Source: an uncultured Oscillospiraceae bacterium (GTDB lineage: Bacteria > Bacillota > Clostridia > Christensenellales > CAG-314). From it: 64,000 nucleotides of DNA. The translations under genes and the position numbers were made by a program. Position 1 is the stretch's first letter. Each line of letters opens with the position of its first letter. Location of the stretch: positions 52,814 through 116,813 of the forward strand of contig CAZHUH010000002.1 in the NCBI GenBank assembly GCA_964535505.1. Reading direction: 5' to 3'. Positions 1-7,539 of this stretch are shown here, piece by piece. Under the pieces are notes generated by a model. The model was not told the DNA's origin. It worked only from the letters and a program-made list of their open reading frames with translations, and searched no databases.

Positions 1-71
1 GCTACGTTCGGCTGAGGAGACTTGTCTCACATCGCAACATCGTTGCTGTTGCTGCCTTTCGGCGTTCGCAC

Positions 72-104
72 AAAAAAAGAACGAACCAAAGTCCGTTCTT
101 TTTT
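72..104 (-). terminator. Hairpin flanked by A- and T-runs directly 3' of tRNA-Leu (bidirectional intrinsic-terminator shape)
   Basis: Stem AGAACG (78-83) / CGTTCT (94-99) with a 10-nt loop. An A-run lies on one side and a T-run on the other. Confidence 0.5.
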
Positions 105-186
105 GGTGCGAGATGTGAGACTTGAACTCACACGGTCTCCCACACGCCCCTTAAACGTGCGCGTCTGCCGATTCCGCCAATCTCGC
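104..186 (-). tRNA. tRNA-Leu (type II, extra arm), anticodon read by hand as AAG; CCA encoded
   Basis: The reverse complement folds as GCGAGAU-UG-GCG-GAAUCGGCAGA-CGC-G-CACGU-[UUAAGGG]-GCGUG-11 nt variable arm-GUGAG-UUCAAGU-CUCAC-AUCUCGC-A-CCA. The D-arm sequence is Leu-like. G37 fits a CUN-reading Leu tRNA. Confidence 0.8.
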
Positions 187-373
187 ATATTTGTGTTCGG
201 CAAGGCAATTCGCCTTGCATAATTTGCTTGCTTATATATAATAATTTAATGTCTCGCATTTGTCAACCGTTTTAGACAATTTTTCCAAAACATCTTTGTG
301 TGTTATTTTAGAACGCACCTTAGAAACACAAAATTTGTTTTGGGGAAAATCAGTTGCGAATTTTCCCCCGCTT

Positions 374-388
374 GCAACCAATGGTTGC
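374..388. promoter_or_regulatory. Perfect 7-1-7 palindrome GCAACCA-A-TGGTTGC, candidate operator upstream of the pepO promoter
   Basis: Exact inverted repeat seen in the sequence. An extra GCAACC half-site lies 6 nt downstream. Confidence 0.25.
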
Positions 389-409
389 CAAAGCAACCTA
401 CCAAAATGC

Positions 410-436
410 TTGACTTGACGTGCGCTATGTGATAAT
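410..436 (+). promoter_or_regulatory. Candidate sigma-A promoter for pepO
   Basis: TTGACT (410-415) and an extended -10 TGTGATAAT (428-436). The spacer is short (15 nt), so confidence is low. Confidence 0.3.
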
Positions 437-502
437 CTATAAATATCGATATTTATTATATGTACATATTTATTCGAGAATTTTTTTAAGGAGTGGCACA
501 CT

Positions 503-2404
503 ATGGCAAAAGTTAGAATTCAAGACGACCTTTACACGTTCGTCAACCAAGAATGGTTGGATAGCGCCGTTATTCCCGATGACAAACCGGCAACAGGCGG
601 ATTTATCAACCTTGATCTAGACGTAGAAAAATTGCTTATTTCCGATTTCAACAAAATGGCAAGCGGAGAATTGGAAATTCCCGATGAAAACGTAAGAAAG
701 GCCATTGCTTTGTTCAACTTAGCAAAAAACATCGAAAAACGCAATGCAGAAGGCATCGCGCCCATACTTCCCACGTTGGAGAAAATACAAAATTTGAAAG
801 ACGTTGCCGATTTGAACGCAAATTTGAAAGACTTTGTGCTAAATCAACTTCCGTTGCCCTTTGACGCAGGGGTTAATCCGGATATGAAAGATTCTCGTGT
901 GCACTGCCTTATGATGTACGGTCCGCAGGCAATTTTGCCCGACACCACCTACTACAAACCGGAAATGCAACCGCAACACGACGCATTGATTGGCGTTTGG
1001 TCGCAAATGGTAGCGGAACTTTTGAAGCGCACAAATTTGAGCCAAGCGGAATGCGATCAATATCTTCAAGACGCACTGGCGCTTGACGCCATTATTGCCG
1101 GCTTGGTGAAGAGTAGCGAAGAATGGTCGGAATACACAAAAATGTACAACCCCATGCCAGTTTCCGTTGTGGCGAAAAAAATGCAGCCGTTGGATATAAC
1201 GCAACTGGTGCTCGATTGCTTCGGAAAAGCCCCCGAAAACATCATTGTTGCCGAACCTCGCTTCTTGGACGGTTTCAAAACGTTGTTTAACGAACAAAAT
1301 TTTGAACTCTACAAGCACTGGGCTTACATAAATGCACTTTTGGGTGCAACATCTTACCTTAGCGAAGAATTGAGAGAAATCGGCTCGGCTTACTACAAAA
1401 TGCTTTCCGGTGTGGCTAGTTTGCCCACAATAGAAAAACAAGCCTATCAATTGGCATCCGGGAAGTATTCCGAACCGGTAGGCCTTTACTACGGCAGAAA
1501 ATACTTTGGCGAAGAAGCCAAAAAAGACGTTGTGGAAATGGTTAAGGAAATCATCGAAACCTACAAACTTCGAGTTTCCAAAAACGACTTCCTTTCCGAC
1601 GCTACAAAGCAAAAAGCCATTGTTAAGTTGAACAAAATAGAAATAAAGATGGGCTACCCCGACAAAGTGAACGAAATTTACGCCAAAATGAACTTTGACG
1701 AAAACGGATCGCTGTTGGACGCACTGAACGCATTGGCACGCGTGCAAGTGGAAGACAACCTGTCCAAACTTTTCAAAGACGTGGACAGAACGGAATGGGT
1801 TATGCCCGGACACATGGTTAACGCTTGCTACAACACCTCTTCCAACGATATCACCTTCCCCGCAGCAATTTTGCAACCGCCCTTCTACTCTATCAAGCAA
1901 AGCAGAAGCCAAAACTTGGGCGGCATTGGCGCCGTTATCGGACACGAAATTTCTCACGCATTTGACAACAACGGCGCAAAATGCGACGAAAACGGCAATT
2001 TGAACAACTGGTGGACGGACGAGGATTTCGCAGCATTCGAAGCAAAAACCAAGGACATGATTGCAGAATTTGAAGGCATCGAATTGCCTTGGGGCAAAGT
2101 AAACTCCACGTTGATTGTTAGCGAAAACATTGCAGACAACGGCGGCATGGCTGTTACGTTGGAAATTATGAGTAAAATGCCTGACGCCGACTACAAAGCA
2201 TACTTTACCAACTGGGCGCGCGTTTGGTGTTTGAAAGGACGTCCCGAATATTTGCAACTGTTGCTCAACATTGACGTGCACGCCCCCACTGTTTTGCGCG
2301 CAAATATGCAACCGAGAAACTTTGAGGAATGGTACAAAACGTTTGACGTGAAAGACACCGACCAAATGTACATTGCGCCGGAAAAACGTGTTATCATTTG
2401 GTAG
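503..2404 (+). CDS. pepO: M13 family zinc metallopeptidase (PepO / neprilysin-like endopeptidase)
   Basis: 633-aa ORF with the HEISHAF (HExxH) zinc motif and the ENIADNGG motif typical of M13 peptidases. An AAGGAG SD lies about 9 nt upstream of the ATG. Confidence 0.92.
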   Translation: MAKVRIQDDLYTFVNQEWLDSAVIPDDKPATGGFINLDLDVEKLLISDFNKMASGELEIPDENVRKAIALFNLAKNIEKRNAEGIAPILPTLEKIQNLKDVADLNANLKDFVLNQLPLPFDAGVNPDMKDSRVHCLMMYGPQAILPDTTYYKPEMQPQHDALIGVWSQMVAELLKRTNLSQAECDQYLQDALALDAIIAGLVKSSEEWSEYTKMYNPMPVSVVAKKMQPLDITQLVLDCFGKAPENIIVAEPRFLDGFKTLFNEQNFELYKHWAYINALLGATSYLSEELREIGSAYYKMLSGVASLPTIEKQAYQLASGKYSEPVGLYYGRKYFGEEAKKDVVEMVKEIIETYKLRVSKNDFLSDATKQKAIVKLNKIEIKMGYPDKVNEIYAKMNFDENGSLLDALNALARVQVEDNLSKLFKDVDRTEWVMPGHMVNACYNTSSNDITFPAAILQPPFYSIKQSRSQNLGGIGAVIGHEISHAFDNNGAKCDENGNLNNWWTDEDFAAFEAKTKDMIAEFEGIELPWGKVNSTLIVSENIADNGGMAVTLEIMSKMPDADYKAYFTNWARVWCLKGRPEYLQLLLNIDVHAPTVLRANMQPRNFEEWYKTFDVKDTDQMYIAPEKRVIIW

Positions 2405-2614
2405 CTAAACGGCGAAAGTTTGTGCCAAAGTGTGTTGCAATATACCGAAAGCGACGCAGGGTTTGCGCACAAACAATTTGGTAGCAAATCCGTGAAAGAG
2501 CGAGACAAGTTATAGGAAAAATCGGTTGCGATTCGGTAACCAAACTGCTCAAAAGTGCGGCGCAGATTTTGCAGGAAAGAACACAAAAACGCAATACGTA
2601 TCAACGAAAGTTGT

Positions 2615-2648
2615 AAAAGGCACTCCATTTTCGAGAGTGCCTTTTATG
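2615..2648 (+). terminator. Intrinsic terminator-like hairpin about 210 nt downstream of the pepO stop
   Basis: AAAGGCACTC (2616-2625) / GAGTGCCTTT (2635-2644), followed by a T-rich tail. Confidence 0.55.
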
Positions 2649-3250
2649 TCGTTCTGCGTCGAATATTAGAGTGCAAAAGCAACCGGCAATAAACATGGTT
2701 CGGCGCTTATATAGTCCAAGTATCCCCACCATCGCAACATTTATTGAAGAACCTTTTATGTTGAATTGCAAAGTGGAAGTTAACATGCTGCACTGACGAT
2801 ATAAATTGCGTTGTTTCCTAAGAATTGATGTTAGAATAGAATGGCAAAGCGGAGAATAAAACACCGCACTGTTTAAAATTATTGTCCCGAAGAATTTATG
2901 TTGATATAGAGAGGTAAATTGCGTTTATAGGTTACACCACTCGTGCCACGGCGCAAATTAAAGACTTGACAATTTGAAAAATGTCTCTTTGGCTCGAAAT
3001 GCTCAATAATGTTTTGGCGCAGTGATGTCTTTTTCACGTTTTCGCAACTTCGAGGCAGCAAGCAAAATCACGTGCAATTTCTGTGCATATTCAAACAAAA
3101 TTATAAACCAAACCAGACTTATTTTCACCAAAAACCAACAGATTTAGTGATATTGTTGAGATTTTTCTATAAAATTTCGTATGCAATTTATTGCGCGCAA
3201 TTTGCACTGAAAATTAATTGCACTTTTTTAAAAAAGAACACGCTTTCCTA

Positions 3251-3279
3251 TTGCAATATCGGCGCAATTGTGTTAAAAT
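3251..3279 (+). promoter_or_regulatory. Sigma-A promoter for the XRE regulator gene
   Basis: TTGCAA (3251-3256), 17-nt spacer ending in TGT, then TAAAAT (3274-3279). Confidence 0.55.
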
Positions 3280-3289
3280 ATTAGCATAA

Positions 3290-3306
3290 TGATGTTTGTA
3301 ACATCA
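3290..3306. promoter_or_regulatory. Perfect inverted repeat TGATGTT-N3-AACATCA between the -10 and the SD of the XRE gene (candidate autoregulatory operator or 5'UTR hairpin)
   Basis: 7-bp arms with a 3-nt spacer, seen directly. It lies just upstream of the GGAGG SD (3314-3318). Confidence 0.35.
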
Positions 3307-3327
3307 AAATAACGGAGGATGGAAATT

Positions 3328-3531
3328 ATGGAATTCAAAGACAAAGTAAAGTATGCAAGAAAGAAATTGTATCTCAGCCAAGAAATGCTGGCAAAAGAAC
3401 TTGGCGTTGCTTTTGCGACAGTTAATCGTTGGGAATCCGGAAGATGCACCCCCAACTATCGTTCGCAAAGAGCATTTGCAGATTTCTGCAAAGCAAACGG
3501 TTTAGACATTGACGAACTTGACAGGATGTAG
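3328..3531 (+). CDS. Small XRE-family helix-turn-helix transcriptional regulator (67 aa; the ORF track starts at 3319)
   Basis: The segment KYARKKLYLSQEMLAKELGVAFATVNRWESG is a classic HTH_3 signature. GGAGG lies 9 nt upstream of the ATG at 3328 but only 0-1 nt from the ATG at 3319. Confidence 0.85.
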   Translation: MEFKDKVKYARKKLYLSQEMLAKELGVAFATVNRWESGRCTPNYRSQRAFADFCKANGLDIDELDRM

Positions 3532-3549
3532 CTTAATCGCTGCATAGCA

Positions 3550-3670
3550 AAAACGTTTTGGCTTTAGTAACGCAAACGTTTTGACTTACTCCGAAAAAAT
3601 GTGTTGCCTTGTGAGATAAGCATTCTTGCAAGACGACACAATTTTTTGGAAAAATTGCCGCAAAACGTTT
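3550..3670. promoter_or_regulatory. Three copies of the palindrome AAACGTTT within 120 bp (3550-3559, 3574-3581, 3663-3670)
   Basis: An 8-mer palindrome is expected about once per 64 kb, yet three are clustered here. The third abuts the -35 of the candidate sRNA promoter. Confidence 0.3.
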
Positions 3671-3704
3671 GCCAAAAATGCAAAATAAGTGTATTGTATT
3701 TAGT

Positions 3705-3877
3705 GCAGAGAATCAAGCGAACCGTCCTGTGCGGCGGCCCTTGGCAATGGCTTGGCTTTGCCCGACTGCACCATCGGTACGGTTTCGACTATGCTATCTT
3801 GCCATTGAACAAAAATCCACTTCCACAGGCGCGATGCGGTTGCTGGCTAAACACTATCAGTTGCAACCATTTTTTTG
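3705..3877 (+). ncRNA. Candidate small RNA of about 170 nt, unknown family, with its own promoter and intrinsic terminator
   Basis: Promoter: TTGCCA (3669-3674), 17-nt spacer, TATTGT (3692-3697). Nested pairings: CCTGTG/CACAGG and CAATGGC/GCCATTG. Terminator: GGTTGC (3838-3843) / GCAACC (3863-3868) followed by T7. There is no SD or protein-like ORF. Confidence 0.3.
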
Positions 3878-3920
3878 TTCAAAACCTTGATTCATTTTAT
3901 TCCTGTTTGATATACAATAT

Positions 3921-3997
3921 GGAGGCATAGCTCAGTTGGTTAGAGCGCTCGCTTCACATGCGAGAGGTCGTAGGTTCGAGTCCTACTGTCTCTACCA
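3921..3997 (+). tRNA. tRNA-Val (anticodon CAC), CCA encoded
   Basis: Cloverleaf GGAGGCA-UA-GCUC-AGUUGGUUA-GAGC-G-CUCGC-[UUCACAU]-GCGAG-AGGUC-GUAGG-UUCGAGU-CCUAC-UGUCUCU-A-CCA. Confidence 0.9.
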
Positions 3998-4026
3998 GTT
4001 TGACGGCTCGCTTTGGGGTCGCACAA

Positions 4027-4060
4027 GAAAGGAAGTGAAACAAATCACTTCCTTTTCTTA
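4027..4060 (+). terminator. Intrinsic terminator after tRNA-Val
   Basis: AGAAAGGAAGTGA / TCACTTCCTTTTCT hairpin with a T-rich tail. Confidence 0.6.
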
Positions 4061-4161
4061 TGCTCCTTTTGGCTTCACCATCAAACATATCGCATAGTCA
4101 GGACAGTTAAAAATAATGTAGCGTTCCGCTTCGCTCCACTTACCGCCGCAATGCGGACGGA

Positions 4162-4182
4162 CGAGTCCTACTGTCTCTACCA
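4162..4182 (+). repeat. Exact 21-bp copy of the 3' end of tRNA-Val (CGAGTCCTACTGTCTCTACCA; original at 3977-3997)
   Basis: Exact direct repeat seen in the sequence. The sequence upstream of the copy cannot form D, anticodon or T 5' arms, so this is not a second tRNA. Confidence 0.85.
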
Positions 4183-4187
4183 ATTCA

Positions 4188-4250
4188 AAAAGCCATTATT
4201 GTTGTGATTTAAATCAAACTTTCGCACAACATATAGTGGCTTTTTTTTGT
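4188..4250 (+). terminator. Long hairpin plus T-run immediately after the partial tRNA copy
   Basis: AAGCCATTATTGTTGTG ... CACAACATATAGTGGCTT, followed by T8. Confidence 0.45.
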
Positions 4251-4401
4251 TTTTATATGCATTTTGTACACAAATTTTATCGGATTAATTATTTTGTTAC
4301 ACTTGATAAATATTTTGCAAAACGAAAATGTCTTCTTTTGCAACGCAAGAATAGTTGTCCTTTTTATTCAAGCCGTGTCTATGCTTTTGCCGTATTTTGC
4401 A

Positions 4402-4439
4402 ACAAAAAACGGCAAGCCACATTTTTAGACTTGCCGTTG
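4402..4439 (-). terminator. Intrinsic terminator downstream of the oapA-like gene
   Basis: On the minus strand: AACGGCAAG-N13-CTTGCCGTT followed by TTTTTTG. Confidence 0.7.
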
Positions 4440-4459
4440 CGCAATAATTTTAAGTGTAA

Positions 4460-5251
4460 TTACTTTTCGCGAGAAAACACACTTAAAATACGTGCCACGT
4501 TGAACACGATAGTGTTGGCTTTGCTAATCGCTACACCTTTGCCCAAGGCTTTTAGCGAAATGGTTGCCATGGAAATTACCGCATAGATGGTAACGGAAAC
4601 CCAAAAATCGACGCCGTTGCCAAAAATAACCTTGGTTGCAATGCTTGCCGCGCACACACCGGAAACGATTCCGCAAATATCGCCGATTATATCGCAACAC
4701 ACGGAGGAAACTACATCGCTGTTTTTGGCGAGTTTTACGGCGGTTTTGGAACCTTTTACCTTTCGGGAAGCCATTGCCAAAAATGGCTGCACATCGCAAG
4801 AAGTTGCGGCGGTGCCTATCATATCGAATATTACGCCCAAAGCCAAAATTACCAAAGTCAGCACAATCGCCACCCAAAGTTGAGCGTCTTCCAAAACAAG
4901 TTCAGACCCGGCGTTTACGGCAAATGCCAGCAAAAAGGAAATTAGCACTGCTTTTAGCGGCCACAAATTGCGCTTCTTTTTCTTTTTGGCGTCGTTTTTG
5001 GCACGTGATGATGCCGAAGTTCCGCCGTTTGTTTTGATGTCGCGCGCCGAAGCGTCTTCGGCAACTTCTTGCGCGTTGCTCTTTTTCTTGCTTTTGTTTT
5101 TTGATTTTTTCGCTTCGCGTGATTCAACTGCAACAACTTGATCGTTTACCGATTGTTGTTCGCGAACGTTTTTTTCGATTTTTCCTCCGTCGTTTTCGTT
5201 TGCAACGGGAGTGCCATTTTGCGTTCCTCGTGGAACAGGGTCGTTTTTCAT
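4460..5251 (-). CDS. oapA: 4-TM membrane protein with a Lys-rich N-terminal extension of about 95 aa; candidate OLE-associated protein OapA
   Basis: 263-aa ORF with a GGGAG SD 4 nt upstream. Four hydrophobic helices are seen in the C-terminal 165 aa. It lies immediately downstream of the OLE-like noncoding region on the same strand. The family assignment rests on context only. Confidence 0.6.
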   Translation of the reverse strand: MKNDPVPRGTQNGTPVANENDGGKIEKNVREQQSVNDQVVAVESREAKKSKNKSKKKSNAQEVAEDASARDIKTNGGTSASSRAKNDAKKKKKRNLWPLKAVLISFLLAFAVNAGSELVLEDAQLWVAIVLTLVILALGVIFDMIGTAATSCDVQPFLAMASRKVKGSKTAVKLAKNSDVVSSVCCDIIGDICGIVSGVCAASIATKVIFGNGVDFWVSVTIYAVISMATISLKALGKGVAISKANTIVFNVARILSVFSREK

Positions 5252-5299
5252 AATTCTCCCAAAATAACAATATTGATGAATGTTGTTTACATCCTTTTA

Positions 5300-5335
5300 C
5301 AAAAAGGGTTTGCAAAGTTAATAATGCAAAACCCT
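5300..5335 (-). terminator. Terminator or attenuator-like hairpin between the OLE-like RNA and oapA
   Basis: On the minus strand: GGGTTTTGCA-N10-TGCAAACCC followed by TTTTTG. Confidence 0.4.
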
Positions 5336-5389
5336 CCTGTTGCAAAATATGTTCAATAAAAGATTTGCCGTAGAAATAAAATTTTACGA

Positions 5390-6060
5390 TTATTCAGCGC
5401 AACCGCAAAACTTTGCCGCAAAAGACGACAATGCGGCTTATCTTGAATATGCTTTTTAGGTGGTGGCTTGCCAGATAAACCTTACGGCATAGGTTCAGTA
5501 GGATTTCCCACGCAGGAACTTCCCGTCGCCGAAGAAGCAGTTTCCTTTTACTCCCACGCAAGCATCGTTGCCGATTGCTCAACTGAATCGCCACTTAGTC
5601 CGTACTATAATCTCTGACAAGCCTGATTTGCAGTCTAGAAGATTTCCTTTGCAACAACCAACAAGTTTTAGTTTCTTTTGCAAAATTCATTTTGTAAAGC
5701 AGTCGACATACGTTGTCGGCCAACAAGCGGCTGTCGTTCTTTACTCCCAAAATTTCACTCAAAACAAGCTACTCTGTACACAGCTTTAGTTCTTTCACCG
5801 CATAGCAGGTTTAATCTCAGAGAGTAATTGCAACGAAGTTGCATTGCAACCACCCTGTAGAGTCTCCACGAAAGATGGGGATATAACATATGCCATTACG
5901 TCTTACCCATCAATCTTAACTTCCAGCACCAGCCCCCGTTTGGGCAACGAAAGCCAGCACAAGAAACTTCATCGATATGCTCGTCGACGGTCTTTTAGGC
6001 CCGCCTTCAAAATGTCGGTTATTGACTAGAATACTGCACCACCGGTGTGTTTCCACACAA
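5390..6060 (-). ncRNA. Candidate OLE (ornate, large, extremophilic) RNA; boundaries approximate
   Basis: About 0.65 kb with no credible ORF on either strand, normal GC content and many local hairpins (for example TGCAAC-GAA-GTTGCA at 5829-5843). GGGAGUAAA occurs twice on the transcribed strand (5547-5555, 5740-5748). The placement ispA -> RNA -> 4-TM protein on one strand matches the published OLE/oapA synteny. Confidence 0.55.
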
Positions 6061-6122
6061 AACATTTATATTCTACGTTTAATGGATATTTAAATCTTTA
6101 ACAGTAGATTATTTTAATGCAG

Positions 6123-6151
6123 ATTATACCACAACGCCGCAAAAAAAGCAA
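6123..6151 (-). promoter_or_regulatory. Sigma-A promoter upstream of the OLE-like RNA
   Basis: On the minus strand: TTGCTT (6151-6146), 17-nt spacer ending in TGG, then TATAAT (6128-6123). Confidence 0.5.
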
Positions 6152-6380
6152 ATGTTTTTGGCACCTAGCCTTTTCGATTGCAAGTTTGGCGCATTTTTAA
6201 AACGTTTGTGCCGCTGCTAAAGTTGTTTTTTCTGCTTTTGACATACGGGCGGCGTGAAGCATTTTGGACTCAATGATTCGCGCATAAAATGTTCTCGAAC
6301 ACGTTTGCATCGCACCAAATATGCCTTGGATGTTTGCCCGCCAAATGCACCAAAATTATTTTTGCAAAGCACGTGTTTTA

Positions 6381-7193
6381 CTACTTATTGCGCACCAAGT
6401 TTTCCATTGCACACTTTTTGATGAAAGACAAATCGTATTGCGGCATGCTGTCGCAAAGTGCAATGGCTTTGTCTGTAAGTTTTTGCGCATACTGACGGCA
6501 TTCGCGTTCCGTCATTACGTCCAAGAAGGATTTTTCGCACTTATCGGCATCCAAAAGATCGTCTACAATTTGGTACGCAATGCCAAAGTTGGTGGCAATT
6601 TGGTCGAAAATTTCCACGTCTTCCGGCGCGGCGTGCCCACAAAGTGCACCGCAAACAATTGCCGCACGCAAAAGATCGCCCGTTTTGTGCAATGCAACTT
6701 CATTCGCATCTTCAAAAGATTTGGTTTCAGCGAACAAATCCAAGCACTGTCCGTAAAGCATACCGTTTGCGCCGGATTTTTCAAACAAAAACGCGCAAGC
6801 CTTTTGATAGTGCTTATCCGAAAGGTTGCCGCCAAGCACCACTTCCATTGCCGAGTTCAAAAGGGCATCGCCTGCCAAAATTGCGGCGGCTTCGCCAAAT
6901 TGCAAGTGGCATGTGCGACGGCCGCGGCGCAATTCGTCGTTGTCCATTGCCGGCAAATCGTCGTGAATAAGCGAATAGGTGTGAACGTATTCCAACGCGG
7001 CGGCAAGCCTATATGCGTTGTCGTTGAGTCTTTTACCCACCGCTTGCGCCGTGTTAAGCAACAAAAGCGGACGAAAACGTTTTCCGCCGGAAAAAAGGCT
7101 GTATTCCATTGCCTGTTCTACCTTATCGGGAATTTTTGAAAGGTATTTGCGCAACAATTCGTCGATAGTTTCTACTGTGATTTTAGTTTTCAT
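6381..7193 (-). CDS. ispA: Farnesyl/geranylgeranyl diphosphate synthase (polyprenyl synthetase)
   Basis: Both aspartate-rich motifs are present: LIHDDLPAMDNDELRRG and QIVDDLLD. It overlaps the xseB stop as in the conserved xseAB-ispA cluster. Confidence 0.93.
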   Translation of the reverse strand: MKTKITVETIDELLRKYLSKIPDKVEQAMEYSLFSGGKRFRPLLLLNTAQAVGKRLNDNAYRLAAALEYVHTYSLIHDDLPAMDNDELRRGRRTCHLQFGEAAAILAGDALLNSAMEVVLGGNLSDKHYQKACAFLFEKSGANGMLYGQCLDLFAETKSFEDANEVALHKTGDLLRAAIVCGALCGHAAPEDVEIFDQIATNFGIAYQIVDDLLDADKCEKSFLDVMTERECRQYAQKLTDKAIALCDSMPQYDLSFIKKCAMENLVRNK

Positions 7194-7383
7194 CTGTCAA
7201 CCTCTTTACTTCCTCTGTCAAAACCGCAAGTTTGCCGTTGCAGTCGTTTAGCGTTTGCATACATTCCGATGCAAGTTTTACGCTTTTTTCGAAAATTTCC
7301 AAAGCCTTTTCGAGGGGAATATCGTTGTTTTCGATTTCCGTAGCGTATTCATCCAATTGGGCTATTTTTTCTTCCAATTTCAT
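7183..7383 (-). CDS. xseB: Exodeoxyribonuclease VII small subunit
   Basis: 66-aa coiled-coil protein (LEEKIAQLDEY...LEKALEIFEKSVKLASEC). It lies between xseA and ispA. Confidence 0.9.
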   Translation of the reverse strand: MKLEEKIAQLDEYATEIENNDIPLEKALEIFEKSVKLASECMQTLNDCNGKLAVLTEEVKRLTDEN

Positions 7384-7539
7384 TTTATTTCCACCTCCAT
7401 CACAAAATTATTTGGAAAACATGCGCATTTTACAACGTTTGTGTGATACGACCGAGAGAACACTCGGCAAGCAGAACAGTGTATTCCGTGATGTATGTTT
7501 TTCAAATTTTTCGTTCGTATCGACATTTAGAAACACAAA

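Noticed and set aside
839-2365. 508-aa ORF antisense to pepO
   Set aside because: It lies entirely inside the strongly supported M13 peptidase gene on the opposite strand. Its composition is non-protein-like (very rich in F, V, C, H, R, N). It has no SD. This is a typical shadow ORF.
2650-3250. Prophage or island remnant upstream of the XRE gene
   Set aside because: The region is AT-rich and ORF-free, but I could find no recognisable pseudogene fragments, integrase or repeats. I have left it as unexplained spacer rather than calling a mobile element.
4100-4182. A second tRNA gene downstream of tRNA-Val
   Set aside because: Only the last 21 nt match the tRNA. No complementary 5' acceptor strand, D-arm, anticodon arm or T-stem 5' strand can be drawn.
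5390-6060. Alternative identities for the large noncoding region: RNase P RNA, tmRNA, group II intron, degraded gene
   Set aside because: No GAGGAAAGUCC-type P4 sequence was found. There is no tRNA-like acceptor/T-arm 3' end or tag ORF. There is no GUGYG 5' end or domain-V-like hairpin. There are no long frame remnants. The synteny points to OLE instead.
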